Made by a program: the position numbers and the translations under genes. This document shows positions 1 through 16,619 of a stretch of DNA of 64,000 nt, one piece after another (positions within the stretch are counted from its first letter, which is position 1; the number at the start of each line of letters is the position of its first letter). This stretch comes from the human T2T-CHM13v2.0 reference genome, Homo sapiens: the NCBI RefSeq assembly GCF_009914755.1, contig NC_060946.1; one strand, given 5' to 3'. Under the pieces are notes generated by a model. That model was given only the letters and a program-made list of their open reading frames with translations. It was not told the origin of the DNA and did no database searches.

Positions 1-1365
1 TATACATTTAGCTTTTCTCAATTTCTACAAAACCTTTAAGGTTTGATTAAGATTGCATTGAATCTATTCATTAATTTGGGGGATACCGACATATATGAAT
101 ATTTAATTTCCTAATCCATGAAGAACATGTATGGTTCTTCATCATTACACCTTTTGAAATTAATCTCAATAATGTTTTATAGTTTTCAGTATAGTGATTT
201 TGCAGATATTTCTGGTTTATTTATTTCTAGATATATTTTATGCTATTAAAATGTAAATATTTTATGTCATTTTCCATTTTCTTGCTGCTGCTCTAAGGAT
301 ATGTAATTGACTTTTGCATATTGGCCTTGTTTTCTGCATCCTTGCTGAAATAACTTATCAGTGTTATATTTTTGTTCTGATAGATTTCTTGCTTTTCACA
401 TAACAATTATGTCTGAAAATGAAGAACGTTTTGGTTTTCCTTTCAAATAATTAAGAGTTTATTTCTTATCCTTGCCTTATTATACTGGATAGAACCTTCT
501 GCACACTATTCAATGTAATGGTAAGAGTAGAGTAGACATCCCTGCTTTGTTGCAAACGTCAGGAAAAAAGTGTGCAATATTTAACCATTAAGTATGATGT
601 TAGCTCTAGGTAATGTTTGTAGATACTCATTAACAGATTGAGTCACTTTCCTGCAAGTAGTGGTTGGCTGAGAGTTTTCAATATGAATGGATATTGAATT
701 TGGCCAAATACTTTATCTACATCTATTGAGATTATCATAAAATGTTCTTTGTTCTTTTAATGTTAATCAATTAATGTCTTAATGTTAAGCCAACCTTGCA
801 TTCCTGTGATAAGCCTCACTTGCTTATAGTATATTTCATATTTATATATTGCTAGGTTCACTTTGCTAATAATTTATTAAGGATGATTGTTTTATTTATG
901 TTTCTGAAGAACATTGTTTCTGAAGAATAATTTTCTGCTTTTGTTTTGTAATGTCTGTCAACTTTACTAAGTCATATTTTCCAAGGTATTTGTCTCTTTG
1001 ATTTCAGTTGTCATTGGTGTAAAGTGTTGGCCATAAATTGTTTATAACATTTTAATATCTGTAGGACATGTAGCAACATCTATTTTTTTATTCTTTACAT
1101 TGATATAATTTGTGTTTTCTTTTTTATTGATCAGTCTTGCTAGATGTTTTAAAATTTTAGCTTCTTAAGGCATCATTTAGATAATAAAATTTAAAATCTT
1201 TCTTGTTTTTAATATGAACATTTAAAACTCTAAATTTTCCAAAGGCACTGTATTTGTCTGCATTTTGCGAACTTTTGATTTGTTGCATTTTCATTATGAC
1301 TAAGTTTTAAAATATTTTCTAATGGCCCTTGTAACTTCTTTTTCACTCACGTTTTATTTAGATGT
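1..1365 (-). mobile_element. Ancient L1M (ORF2 region) fragment
   Basis: T-rich decayed L1 ORF2 antisense motifs, e.g. GTAGACATCCCTGCTTTGTT, ACCATTAAGTATGATGTTAGCT, CAACCTTGCATTCCTG; boundaries approximate. Confidence 0.8.
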
Positions 1366-3095
1366 TCAGAGAATAGAAGATCAGTATATGAAAATCAATC
1401 ATATTTTTACTGACAGCAACAAATAATCAAAAAATGAAATTAACCAAAAAATTTCATTCACAATAACACCAAAGGAAACAGTTAAAAATAAATTTAACCA
1501 AATGATATATAACTTGTACAATGAAATGTATAACACATTGCTGAAAGAAATAAAATACCTAAATAAATTGAGAGCTATTTCATGTCTATGGATCTGAAGA
1601 TTCAATATTGTCACAATGAAAGTTCTCCTCAAATCCATTCATAAATTTCACAGAATTCCTCCCAAATCCCAAGTCAGGTTTTTGTGTAGAAATGGACAAG
1701 CAGATCCTAAAATATACATAGGAATAGAACAAAAAGAGAGACGAGGGTATACATGACTATATTTCAAAACAGTATAAAGCTACAACGATTAAGACGATGT
1801 GGTTTTGCTTTAAAGAAAGGTATACAGGTAATGGAACAAAATTTAGGGTCAAGCAATCTAGCCTTACATTTGTGATCAACTGATTTTTGACAAAGATGTC
1901 AAGGTGATTCAATGGAAGAAAGAATAGTCTTTTCAACAGATTGTGCTGGGACAATTGGATATGCACATGCCTAAAATAAATTAACGTAGACCCTCATCTC
2001 AGCCCATACAGAAATTAACTTAAAATGCATTATAGTCTAAACTGTGTAACCTATAGCTAAAAATCATCTAGGAAAAACACAGGTGTAATACCTTGTAACC
2101 TTGAGTTGGGCAAAGAGTTCTTTGATATGACAGCAAAGGCATGATCCATAGAAGAAGAAGAAAAGGTAAATTGGACTTCATCAAATTAAAGACTTTGGCA
2201 CTTTGAAAGCCTGTTGAGAAAATAAAAATACCAGCCACAGACTGTGAAAAAATATTTGCAAATCATATATCTGTTAAAGGAGTTGTGTCTGGAACTCCTA
2301 CAACTCAGTAATAAGAAGATTAATAACCCAATTACACAGTGGACAAAAGCTTTAACTAGATACTCACCAAGGAAGATACGCATACGGCCAAAAGCACATG
2401 GAAACATGTTCAACATCATTAGTCATTAGGAGAATGCAAGTTAAAATCGAAATGAGATGCTACTTCCTGCCTATTGAAGGTCATGAAGGCTGACAGTACC
2501 AAGGGCGGCTGAGGATGTGAGAAGCTCGGCTCCTCCTAGACCGTCCACGGGAAAACAACACAGGATGCCCACTTTGGAAAGGAGCTAGGCACTTCTTTAA
2601 AAAGTTCAATATACATCCCAGCAATTCCACTCCTCAGAAGCTACCCAAGAGAAGTGAAAACATATGTCCATGCAAAAATATGTACACACATGATGAAGCA
2701 GCATTATTTATAAGAACCCCTAAGAGGAAACACTTTAAATGTCCATCAGCTGGTGAATGTATAAATAAAATGTATCCATGCAAAGGAATATTATTCAATG
2801 ATTAAAGGAACAAACTGCTGATATGTGCTCCAAGATGGATGAATCGCAGAAACATTATTCCAAGTGAAGGAAGCTAGACACAACAGATTATCTATTGCAT
2901 AACTCCTTTTATATGAAACATCCAGAATAAGCAAATGTATGGAGACAGAAAGCAGATGGCTGTTTGCCAAAGGCAGGTGGTGGGAGTGGGGATTAACAAT
3001 GAATAGCCATGAGGAAAATTTGAGGGCTTTAATGAGTGTTTTAATGTGGGTTGCGTTAATGTTTGCACAATTCTATAAATTAACAAAAAGAGGAA
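1366..3095 (+). mobile_element. L1ME/L1MB-type element, ORF2 3' part plus 3'UTR, inserted in opposite orientation into the flanking L1M
   Basis: Sense L1 motifs AATAGTCTTTTCAACAGATTGTGCTGGGACAATTGG, CCCAGCAATTCCACTCCT, ACAGAAAGCAGATGGCTGTTTGCC; the minus-strand L1 resumes at about 3120. Confidence 0.8.
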
Positions 3096-3119
3096 TGCAT
3101 TGTTACATTTGCAAAAACT

Positions 3120-6450
<3,331 letters not shown>

Positions 6451-6454
6451 GAAG

Positions 6455-8460
6455 CCTTTTTAAAAATTTTAAACTTCAGAAGTCTGTGATGCATCTGAAA
6501 ATATTTGTTGGACAGGAGAGGGGTCAGGTTCATTGCTGTTTCCCACTGCCCCCCCACCCCCTCTAGATCTCCAGCTGGTCCAGCATGACTGGAAAGTCCA
6601 TCTTTCCTCCACGGAATTGAGGTGGTATCATCGTTGTAATTCAGACAGGTGCATAGATCTATTTCTGGACTTACTCTTCTGCTCATTTGTTCTACTTCTC
6701 TAAACTTGCTCTAGAGTCTTGTAACTGTGGCTTTATAACATACCTTGATCAGCTACTGTAAGATTTTCATTTTGTTCATTTTCTTTGAGGTTTCCTTGGC
6801 TATATATATATATACTTTTGTGTTTTCACATATACTTTAGAAGAATTGCATCAGTTTCCATGGAAAAATCTGTAGGGGTTTTTTGGGGGAATTGCATCGA
6901 CTATATACCTCAGTTTAGGGAGAAGTGACATTGTATAATGAATCTCCCAGTAGGTGAGTATAGATAGCTTTCCATTCCTATAGATCGTCTTTAATTTTTC
7001 TAAGTAACATTGTATCAGTTTCATACTGAGGTCTTCCACAACTTCCTCTAGGTTCATTTCTACTTATTTGATTTGTGATGCTATTTTAGTTAGTATCTTT
7101 TTAAAAGTTTATTTTCTATTTCATTGTAGCAGGCATACAGAAATGCACTACTTTTTGTTGCTGTTATTTTTATACAACAGCAGTACAGGACTTCACCAAA
7201 TTCATGTGTTATTGCTAATGTTTTGTCAGTAGATACTTTGGACTTTTTATGTCTATAATGACTTTCCTTTTTCTGTCTTTATCTCTTTTATTTCTGTTTC
7301 TTGCCTCATTGCACTGACTAAAGCCTTTATTCCTATGTTGAATAGAATTTGGAATAGCAGATATAAGAGCTTTTTTGATGTTACATGCAAAGCTTTCAGA
7401 AATTAACCTTTAAATGTGAAGTTTGTGGTAGGTATTTTGTAGATACATTTATTGAAATATTGAAATTCCCATCTCACTCCTGTTTTCTGACAGTCTCTAG
7501 TCTGACTGTGTGTCAGAGTGTGGCTAATGTGTGTGTGTGTGTTGCACAATTTTAAATGATATATAATTTGTCTTTTCTTTCATTCTGCAAAGTGCATTGA
7601 TTTATTTTGAAATATTTATTAACTTTGCATTCCTGGAATACATGCCACTTGGTCATAATGTATTAGCCTTTTTATTTACAACTGAATTATCATTCTGTAT
7701 TGATTTTAGTGTCTTTGCGCCTGTGTCAATGGGGGAGATAGGTTTCCAATTTCTAGTACCTTTGCCAGGTTTTATGTAAAAATAGTAAATTGGACTCATT
7801 ATGGATACCGGGAAGCTTTCTCTCAGTTCCTATCTTTGTAAGATCTCACATAATATTAGTTTTACGCTTTCTCTCAAAATTTAAAATTTATTTTTACCCT
7901 TTCCCTCAAAATTTACTTGTGGGTTATTTTGCGCTTCTAGATTTTTGTTTTGTTTGGTAGATTTATATAGGTGGGCATGGGGGGAGAATTGTAATAGGTA
8001 CAATTTCTTTACTGAATATGAGGCTACTAAGATTTTTAAATTTGTTCTTGTGACATATTTAGAAAGCATTTTAAAAATATTTTTCTCATTTCATTTAAAC
8101 TGCCTAATTTATTGTTGAAGTAGTTTATAATAATTTTTCTTTTAATATCTATAGGATCTGTAATAAATTTCCTTTTATCATTCCTGATATTGGTAATATT
8201 TTATTTGATAAATCTTGCTCAGTTTAACTGTCTATAATCTTTTTTTAAAATAAGCCATTTCTTCGCTTTGCTAGTTTTTCTTGTTTTTCTTGTTTTTTTT
8301 CTTCTATTTCATGTTTTTGATATCTCTGTCTTTCTTTTCTTTTCTCTACCCTCACTGACTTTGATGTGTTGTTCTTTTGCAAGATTCTTGAGATCCAAAC
8401 TTCGATGACTGATTTTATTTATTTTCTATATATGCATTTAAGGCTATTAATTTCCCTCTC
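6455..8460 (-). mobile_element. Ancient L1M ORF2 fragment
   Basis: Antisense L1 ORF2 motifs: GGAATTGCATCGACTATATACCTCAGTTTAGGGAGAAGTGACAT, CTTGCCTCATTGCACTGACTA, ATGCATTTAAGGCTATTAATTTCCCTCT. Confidence 0.75.
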
Positions 8461-8857
8461 TTAGCTTGACAATAATACATTCTGTGGCAATTCTTATGGT
8501 GGCTACCTTAGTTTTTCTAACATATGTCTTGGAACTTTATGGCCCAATAACAACTGTGTCTTATACTGAGATAGTTAAAAACATCTAGAGAAAGTGAACA
8601 TGTGGTTGTCAAAGTAGCAGTAACAAGACTATGAGATAAATGCCCAATATAAATGATGGAAGCAAGAAGTCACCAGAATTGCATGCTATTCTTAAAGTTC
8701 TTTTGAAAGTCCCAAGGTAGAGTTTTATACAGAGTTATAGCATCATTGTAAATGAAGACAAAATAAAGACATCTAATAATGTTAGACATCCTAAGAATAT
8801 TTCAGTATCAATTACCTCCTGCCCTTTGCATGTTTATTGGCATGAATTTAAATTATA

Positions 8858-8868
8858 TACACACACAC

Positions 8869-8899
<31 letters not shown>
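8858..8899. repeat. (CA)n microsatellite
   Basis: Direct reading, one interruption. Confidence 0.95.
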
Positions 8900-8901
<2 letters not shown>

Positions 8902-9081
8902 AAAATTCTAGAGGGCATTTATTATTTTGTATAATTCAATTCATGTTTAACTATTTTCTAATTAAATTATACCCATATTTTGTTTTTTTCTTTGTGTTTC
9001 ATTCCTTTCTGTACTTTCTTTTTTTCATTTCATTGTCCAATCTGACAATTGTATAGACTTTGGTCTGTAGGCTAAAAACTG

Positions 9082-9163
9082 TTAGTTTTTGATTGACTAA
9101 TATGTCTTTATTTTGTCTTCATTAGTTTTTGATTGATGAATATGTCTTTATTTTGTCTTCATT
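9082..9163. repeat. 40-bp tandem duplication
   Basis: TTAGTTTTTGATTGACTAATATGTCTTTATTTTGTCTTCA twice, 2 mismatches. Confidence 0.95.
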
Positions 9164-9519
9164 TACAATGATGCTATAATTCTGTATAAAACTTTACCTT
9201 GAGGCTTTTTAAAGAACTCATATATAGCGTGTAATTCCGGTGCCTTCTTGCTTCCGTGGCTTATATTGGAAAGTCATCTTTCAGCCTCGTTACTGCTACT
9301 TTGATGACCACATGTTCACTTTCCCTGGGTGTCTTTAAGACTTTTTGTCTTGTTCCCCCAGCAGTTTTCCTGCAATATGCCCATGGGTCAGGTTTCCTTT
9401 GAATGTATCCATCTTGGCTTAACAGATCTTTCTGAGTCTCTGGCCTGATGTCTACTTTCAGTTTTGGAAAAAATCGTGTGCTGTATCCCATCACATTTTG
9501 CTTCTGTTCAGATGTGATT

Positions 9520-10446
9520 TTCCCACTGTTGTCACTCCACGTTTCCCCCATGGGCTTGCTCTGCCCCTCCCATCCACAAACTCACTCCCGTTTCTACTGT
9601 CGCCATCTGGTCCGGGCCACCACCGTCACTCCCTTGGCCTGCTCAGAGGCCTCCTAACTCACCTCCTTATTCCATTCTCACCCCAGATTATCTGCTCCAC
9701 AGAAACAGTGGCCAGGATTATACAGCGTATAACAGGCACGTTCTTCTCCTGCTTCCAACACTTCTGTGGTTTCCATTACGCTCAGAGCACAAACAAAATC
9801 CCCGTACCACACTAAGCCCACCGCCTCTGGCTCTTGCCAACTTCCCAGCCTCCTCACCTGCCCTTTCCTCCTGCTCATCATGCTCCAACCACAGTGCTGT
9901 GTGCCTGTGCCTGTGTGTGCAGCACGGATCTATGTGTGCATGCATGTGTGTTTGTATTTAGATGTGTGTTTATGCACACTTGTGTGTGTACGTACATATA
10001 CATGCATGTACCTATGCGTGTATGGGTACATACTCATGCATGTGTGAGTGTGTTACCTCAATTATTCCAAGGGGCTTGGTCTCAAGCCCTCTTCCCCTGA
10101 GACCCCGTTCCCCTTGCCTGCTTGTCCTCTGTCCTCAAGTGGCTGGATCTTGAGATGCCCGTCCTCTGGCCGGGCCACCCATTCTGCCCCCTCACTATTG
10201 TTCTTCGTCTTGGTGCTGTGTGTGTTCCTCACAACCCTCATCTCTGCCACTTTCACTTGTTTCTTTGCCTAGGTTACCTAACTCTGTTGCTTTGTGTGTG
10301 TGTATTGGGTGTAAGCGTCTCAATAGAAAACAGACTTCACAAGGCAGGGCCAGTTCTGTTCCAAGCTCGCTGTCTGCACCTGCTGAGTATTTTGAACACA
10401 TGGATAAATGATGGCTTGAGGCTCAATAGATATTTGTTGGATTGAT
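9520..10446 (+). mobile_element. L2 fragment(s) including the 3' end
   Basis: GGCCTCCTAACTCACCTCC motif and L2-type terminus CTCAATAGATATTTGTTGGATTGAT. Confidence 0.65.
9897..10053. repeat. Degenerate (TG)n/(CA)n alternating purine-pyrimidine tract
   Basis: Direct reading. Confidence 0.85.
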
Positions 10447-10879
10447 CGATGGTGTAATGCCTGTCTTTAAGTACAAACTGCAAAGTGAAGCCACCCAGAT
10501 TTATTTCCTTTCTCTGGACCAAGTGTCCCAAACTGAACACTGAGACTGAGGCAGATTTGAAATGATCCAGCCCCTTGGTTCCCACCCCTGAGCGGTCTCA
10601 GAAGCCTTCCCCTTGAGCCTCCAACCCTTTCAGTCCTTCCTGAGACTGCGATCTTAGCAGACACCCTGGGGCTAGTTCAAGAGGTAAAAAATCCACTGAC
10701 ATTTTATGCTGGTTCCGAAGTTCTTTATAGATCATTCCACGGCTTCTGATGTCCACGCGTTTATCCTGAACATTTCTTCTGTGTCAGAACAACAAACACA
10801 TGCTTCCCCTTTGCATGCCCAGCGGGCACCATGGATTAACAAGCAGCTACTGGGCCGGGCTGGGCCAGGCACTGCCCGT

Positions 10880-11010
10880 GTATGACACAGAACCTGCCGG
10901 AAGCATGTGCTACTGTGGTTCCCACTTTGCATCTGAGGAAAGTGAGACTCCAGTTTCTATGCCCAAGGTCATGTGGCAATGGTCCTGGATCCAGGTCTCT
11001 GGGACACAGC
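10880..11010 (-). mobile_element. MIR fragment
   Basis: CCCACTTTGCATCTGAGGAAAGTGAGACTC...GCCCAAGGTCA core-like motif. Confidence 0.6.
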
Positions 11011-11167
11011 CCAAGCTCCTCTCCGCTGGCCTAGACTGGCCATGGCTCTGTAGCATGATTGGGGGGGGTGACCGTGTGCACCCTCAGCCCAGTGACTGAC
11101 CCCTGTAGTGGTACCTCCAAAGGTGTCTTGTTAAACTTGAGTCTGATCATTTTCCCTCCCTGCTTAA

Positions 11168-11545
<378 letters not shown>

Positions 11546-11560
11546 GGCGTCTTTCCCTAC

Positions 11561-11978
11561 TGTATCCATCTACTTGGGCTGCCATAGTTAAGTATCACAA
11601 GCAACTTAGACAACAGAAATGCAGCTTCTCGCCGTTTTGGAGGCTGGAAGTCTCAAATCGAGGTGTCAGCAGGGTTGTTTCCTTCTGAAAGCTGTTAGCG
11701 AGTTCCAGGCCCCTCTCCAGTTTCTGGGGGTCTCAGGCACTCCTTGGCTAATCGATGGTCTTCTTCCCCCTGTGTGTTCATGGGGTCCCCCGTATGCGTG
11801 TCTGTCTGTCCCCATTTAGCCCATGTATAAAGGACACCAGTCAGATTAGATCAGGGCCCACCCTTATCACCTCATCTTGACTATCTGCAAAGACTCTACT
11901 TCCAAACAAAGTCACATTTACAGGTACTGGGGGTTAGGACTTCGGCATATTTTGTGAGGCATGATTCAACCCATAACA
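11561..11978 (-). mobile_element. MaLR solo LTR (MLT1C/MLT1B-like)
   Basis: TGTA...CA ends; TTGGAGGCTGGAAGTCTCAAATCGAGGTGTCAGCAGGG and GGGGTTAGGACTTC...TTCAACCCATAACA. Confidence 0.85.
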
Positions 11979-13849
11979 CACACCCCTTCAGCCTCTGCCC
12001 TGCCCCCTTGGCCTTATTTTTGTACCTGCAACCCACAAACCTTTCCTGCCTCAGGGCTTTTCCCAGCCTGGAACTCACCCCTCCCACCCAGCTCATTGCC
12101 TCTTGGCCCTGAACTCCCCTCTCTAATTTGGATCCACTGTTCTTTGTCTCCATGCCATGCTCTCCTTACCCTTCCCAGTTGGAGGCATTTATGCATTTAA
12201 TGTCAGGGTCGGTGAATTGTATACTGAGGCCTGGGACCCTCTCGTTCTATTCACGATGGCTTCTCCAGGCCTGAAGTGGTGTCTGACACACAAAGCACAC
12301 TCAGTATAGCAGATGGAATAGGCATTGGTATGAGCTGGTGGAATTAAACTCGCTTGCTCGTTCTGAGACTGAGGACGCGCTGGTTCACACCGCCGGTTAT
12401 GACGCGACACACGTAAACACAGAAAGGAAGCCAATATTGTGGGTGATGGCCCAGTGCCCTGGGGGACCCACACGGCTGCAGCGTGCATCCGCCGTCCCAC
12501 CAGGGGCCACTCAGCCCTTCTCGGAGCTCTCTGGGGACACATTTCTTCGGGACATCAGAAAACGAGGTGGCGTTGTTTCCTTATAGAACAAAGTCAATTA
12601 GAGGGTCCAGGCGAACATCAGCAGTTTCGGTGCCTTATTCCCCTCGGGAAGGTGTGTGCCACATTCATAAAACCTGAAGGGCGTCCGGGAGCCGAGAGCT
12701 ACAGATGGCTACTGTCTGTGCCAGGCAGACTGTGCAGCCTCAGAGGAAGCCCGGTGCTTCCAGGGTAGAGGAGAGGCCCCATCAGGACTCATCCAGGCCC
12801 CGGCACAAGTCCAGGGGTCAACCTGGAGGCATCAGGCACCATTGGTCAGAATGCTCTGCTGGCCAACAGTGGGCACCAAATTCAGAAGTGGGCAGCTACA
12901 TTAAAAATGGGGAAGCAACTTCGATGTTCCTCAGCAGAAGCTTGTCTAAGTCCTTTACTGTCCACCCACAGACCAGAGTCCTGGCCAGGCAGGACATGTT
13001 TCTCTCAGAGGGACAATGAGTGATGTGGAAAGTGTTCACGGGTATTTTATGTGAAACACATTACAGCACATTCGAATGTTCCAGAGCCTCGGGCACATCT
13101 GATTTCAAGGTTGATAAAATGTTGTCTGCATCAACCATAGGGATCTGCACACACATATGTCATCTACGCACGTATGTGTTACGTATATATCAGGTGGAAA
13201 AATAAGGCTGGGATGATTTAGCGAGATGACTTGCTTTTCTAGCTGACCCTTTAAATTTATTCAGCAAGGTTCTCTTTTCTCCTGCCCTGTATGAAAACAC
13301 AGGCAGCACCATGAATTTCCTTGTCACTCTCGGGTAATAAAAGATACCCAAGTTGGTTATTAGTATGCTCAGTCCAGTGTAATAATCAAAACTCTGAACA
13401 GGATTGAAAGCGGGGGCCTCTCCCATCTCTGTATTCAGACCTGCTCCGGGCAGAAAACCTGCAGGAGGCACTAGGGGTGTGGCCAGCTGTCCCCTTCCTC
13501 CCCACCTTGTGTTCTCCCTCCTCTCATCTTGTTAAAGTTTCACCCCATCAGGGTTCTTATTTGAGTGGTACTCCAGTGAGTTGGGTCTGGAAGGGGCTCA
13601 GAGCTGCCTGGTGGGCCCATGAATACATTTTTTCTGAGGTCCTTTCTTAGCAGCTGGGGGCTCCTGTGTGGCACGCGGAGGAGGGCAAAGGTCTCTGTCC
13701 CACTGCCCATTCTTCTGTCCTCAGCCCGGGGCCTCCTGGGGCCTCCAGCTGCTTTCTGCTAAGGTGATTTTGACTATCCCAAGGACATGGGCTAGGATGA
13801 CCCCCTTTTGCTTGCTTTTCCCTCTGCCCACATCTGTGCACAGCAATCC

Positions 13850-14165
13850 TTTTTATTTTATTTTATTTTATTATTTTTATACTTTAAGTTTTAGGGTACA
13901 TGTGCACAATGTGCAGGTTAGTTACATATGTATACATGTGCCATGTTTGTGTGCTGCACCCATTAACTCGTCATTTAGCATTAGGTATATCTCCTAATGC
14001 TATCCCTCCCCCCTCCCCCCACCCCACAACAGTCCCCAGAGTGTGATGTTCCCCTTGCTGTGTCCATGTGTTCTCATTGTTCAATTCCCACCTATGAGTG
14101 AGAATATGCGGTGTTTGGTTTTTTGTCCTTGCCATAGTTTACTGAGAATGATGATTTCCAATTTC
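13850..14165 (-). mobile_element. Young 5'-truncated L1PA2/L1PA3 3' end
   Basis: Near-consensus TATACTTTAAGTTTTAGGGTACATGTGCACAATGTGCAGG...GAGAATATGCGGTG...ATGATTTCCAATTTC; lacks L1HS-diagnostic bases as recalled. Confidence 0.92.
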
Positions 14166-14750
14166 CTTATGTGTCCTTTGCACCCAAAACTTCTGGAAAA
14201 GCAGAGTTGATTCAGGGCCTGAGATCTTCAAAGGCTCTTTGGCGATTCAGTTGTGTTTCTAGCTTGGAAATGGCTTGCTCACATCTCACTTGACCTAGGT
14301 TTTGGGGCCAAGAGGAAAAGTTTGAGACTCATGTGGGGGTCAGGGAGTTGGCAAGGAGTGAGGGAGGCTGTCTGAGCTGCTTTAATTTTAGATTTTCCTT
14401 GACTAGGCAAAAAGAGCGCTCCCTAAGATGAAGCTGAGCTCACCAGGGCCCTTTAGTGGGGTCTGAGTCTTCAGTGCAATAAAACGTGTTCATTTGCAGG
14501 TCATTATCTCCTGGGTGAATTGGTCCCTCAAGGGCAATGAGGGGAGGGATAGCTGTAACTGGTTCTCTGGGGTGTGCTGGCTGTAGCTCTCCCTCATCAC
14601 TGGTCACCGTGAGGACCACTCAGTAGTGTGTTCAGGGAGAAATGACACAGATAGCCAGATTGTCACTGTAGAAAGATTTCAGTCTTGGTGGCCTAACTTC
14701 TGTGGGTGATGGACGGAAGAGCTATCTAACTATAAGGTGACTTCTTTGAA

Positions 14751-14755
<5 letters not shown>

Positions 14756-14788
<33 letters not shown>

Positions 14789-15083
14789 AGACAGAGTCTC
14801 GCTCCATCGCCCAGGCTGGAGTGCCTGCACTGGAGTGCAGTGGCGCGATCTTGGCTCACTGCAAGCTCCGCCTCCCGGGTTCACACCATTCTCCTGCCTC
14901 AGCCTCCTGAATAGCTGGGACTACAGGCACCCACCACCACACCCGGCTAATTTTTTTGTATTTTTAGTAGAGACAGGGTTTCGCCATGTTAGCCAGGATG
15001 GTCTCGATCTCCTGACCTCGTGATCCGCCCGCCTCAGCCTCCCAAAGTGCTGGGATTACAGGCGTGAGCCACCGCACCCGGCC
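14756..15083 (-). mobile_element. AluY with 14-bp internal insertion
   Basis: GCAAGCTCCGCCTCCCGGGTTCACACCATT and TTAGCCAGGATGGTCTCGATCTCC diagnostics; TSD TGAATAAG at 14747 and 15084. Confidence 0.96.
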
Positions 15084-15091
15084 TGAATAAG

Positions 15092-16050
15092 CTATTTTTT
15101 AGAACAGTTCTAGGTTTGCAGAAAAACTGCAAAGATAAGGTAGAAAATTTCCACATATGTCACATCCAGCTTCCCTACTATTAACATATCCCAGTAGAAT
15201 GGTACGTTTGTCATAATTGATGAACCAATACAGACATGCCTTTATTAACTAAATTTCATAGTTTATTTTGATTTCTCTATGGTGTTTTGTTATAAATCTA
15301 ATAAATCTAATGGCCTTTATTTTTCTGTTCCAGAATCTCATATAACATTTAATCATCATGTCTCCTTAGATTCCTACTGGCTGAGCCTGTTACTCAGACC
15401 TTCCTTGTTTTTCATGACCTAGACAATTTTAAGGAGTGTCAGGGATTTTGTGGAATGTCCCTTAAATGGGGTTTGTCTGATGTGCTTCTCGTGGTTTGAC
15501 TGCGGTGACCACAAGGGCGTGGTGCCCTCTCATCAGACTGTGCCAGGTGCTTGCTGTCAATGTGACCCTCGCTGGTTGGTGCTGACCTTCGCCACCTGGC
15601 TGAGGTGTATTCATCAGGTTTCTTTACTGTAGAGTTCATCTTTCTTCACCTCTCCATACTGGACTCATAGCAAGGAAGCCACCATGCCTAGCCCAAGTTA
15701 AAGGGGGAGTAACTCCATCAATCATTTGAAATTCTTCTGCACGTCAGATTTGTCTCTTTTCTCCTACTTATGAATTTATGCAGTCATTTACTCATCAGCG
15801 TGGGTTCATGGATACCCATTTGATCCTCTGGGTTACAATGCGGAGTGACGTTCTTTTGTTGCTCACTTGTTCCAGCGCTGGCTATCGGGTCCCCTGGATG
15901 CGCCACTTCACTGTGGGTGGTGTGAGCCCTTCCTCACTTTCTGGCCCTACAAGATGCTCCAGGCTCAGCTTGTACACTCCCTGCCCAGCCCTAGAGTCAG
16001 CTGCTTCCCCAAGGAGCCCAGGTTCCTTCCACTGGATCACGGAATCGGAA
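15092..16050 (-). mobile_element. L1MC-type 3'UTR fragment
   Basis: TTTTAGAACAGTTCTAGGTTTGCAGAAAAACTGCAAAGATA, GATGAACCAATA, GAATGTCCCTTAAATGGGGTTTGTCTGATG. Confidence 0.75.
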
Positions 16051-16619
16051 ACCAAAGTAGATGGGGAAGGAAGCGAGCGTATGAGACTGAGGGGAACAGA
16101 GCAGGACGTGAGGGCAACGGCGGGGCAGGGCCCACCCTTTCTGTGTTCAGACCCCTCATCTTCAACCTGAAAGTCATCACAGTCATTGTCCCTTCCCACC
16201 AAGGAGGGGCCCTGGGGAATTCCTTCTCCTTGTCCCCATAGATCTGGGCTTATGTCCTCTGTACCAAGACTTTCCCACCACTGTCATCCTGAAAAGGGAG
16301 ACCACAGCACTGATGTAAAGCAGAGAGAGATGCCCTGCGTGGGGAAGAAGGCACAGTGGGCAGAAGCTGGGAGGTGGGTGCGGGGCAGCGAGTGTCATGG
16401 GGGCAGCGAGGGTCACAGGGGCATCCTGTCCCAGCGAGGGCAGGCCAGGAGCCACGGCCTTGAAGCGTTTCGGGGACAGCCACTTCCAGTGGTCCTGCTC
16501 GGTGTCTTCCATACTTGACTTCCGTGCCACGGCTTTCCCCCATGCCTTGTCCTAAACTCACCCCAGGGTCAGGGGGACTTTGGCACCGCCAGGCCTCACT
16601 TGGTGCAGACATCTCTCTC

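Larger units (their letters stand above)
8575..9338. repeat. Inverted repeat, arms 8575-8772 and 9142-9338
   Basis: Manual reverse-complement alignment, about 83% identity over about 198 bp. Confidence 0.9.
8470..9500 (-). mobile_element. Ancient L1M/HAL1-like ORF1-region fragment carrying an inverted duplication
   Basis: T-rich decayed L1-like sequence (CTGATGTCTACTTTCAGTTTTGGAAAAAATC); see findings. Confidence 0.5.

Noticed and set aside
12340-12700. Possible CpG island
   Set aside because: Too short and patchy; noted only as part of exon-like chain A
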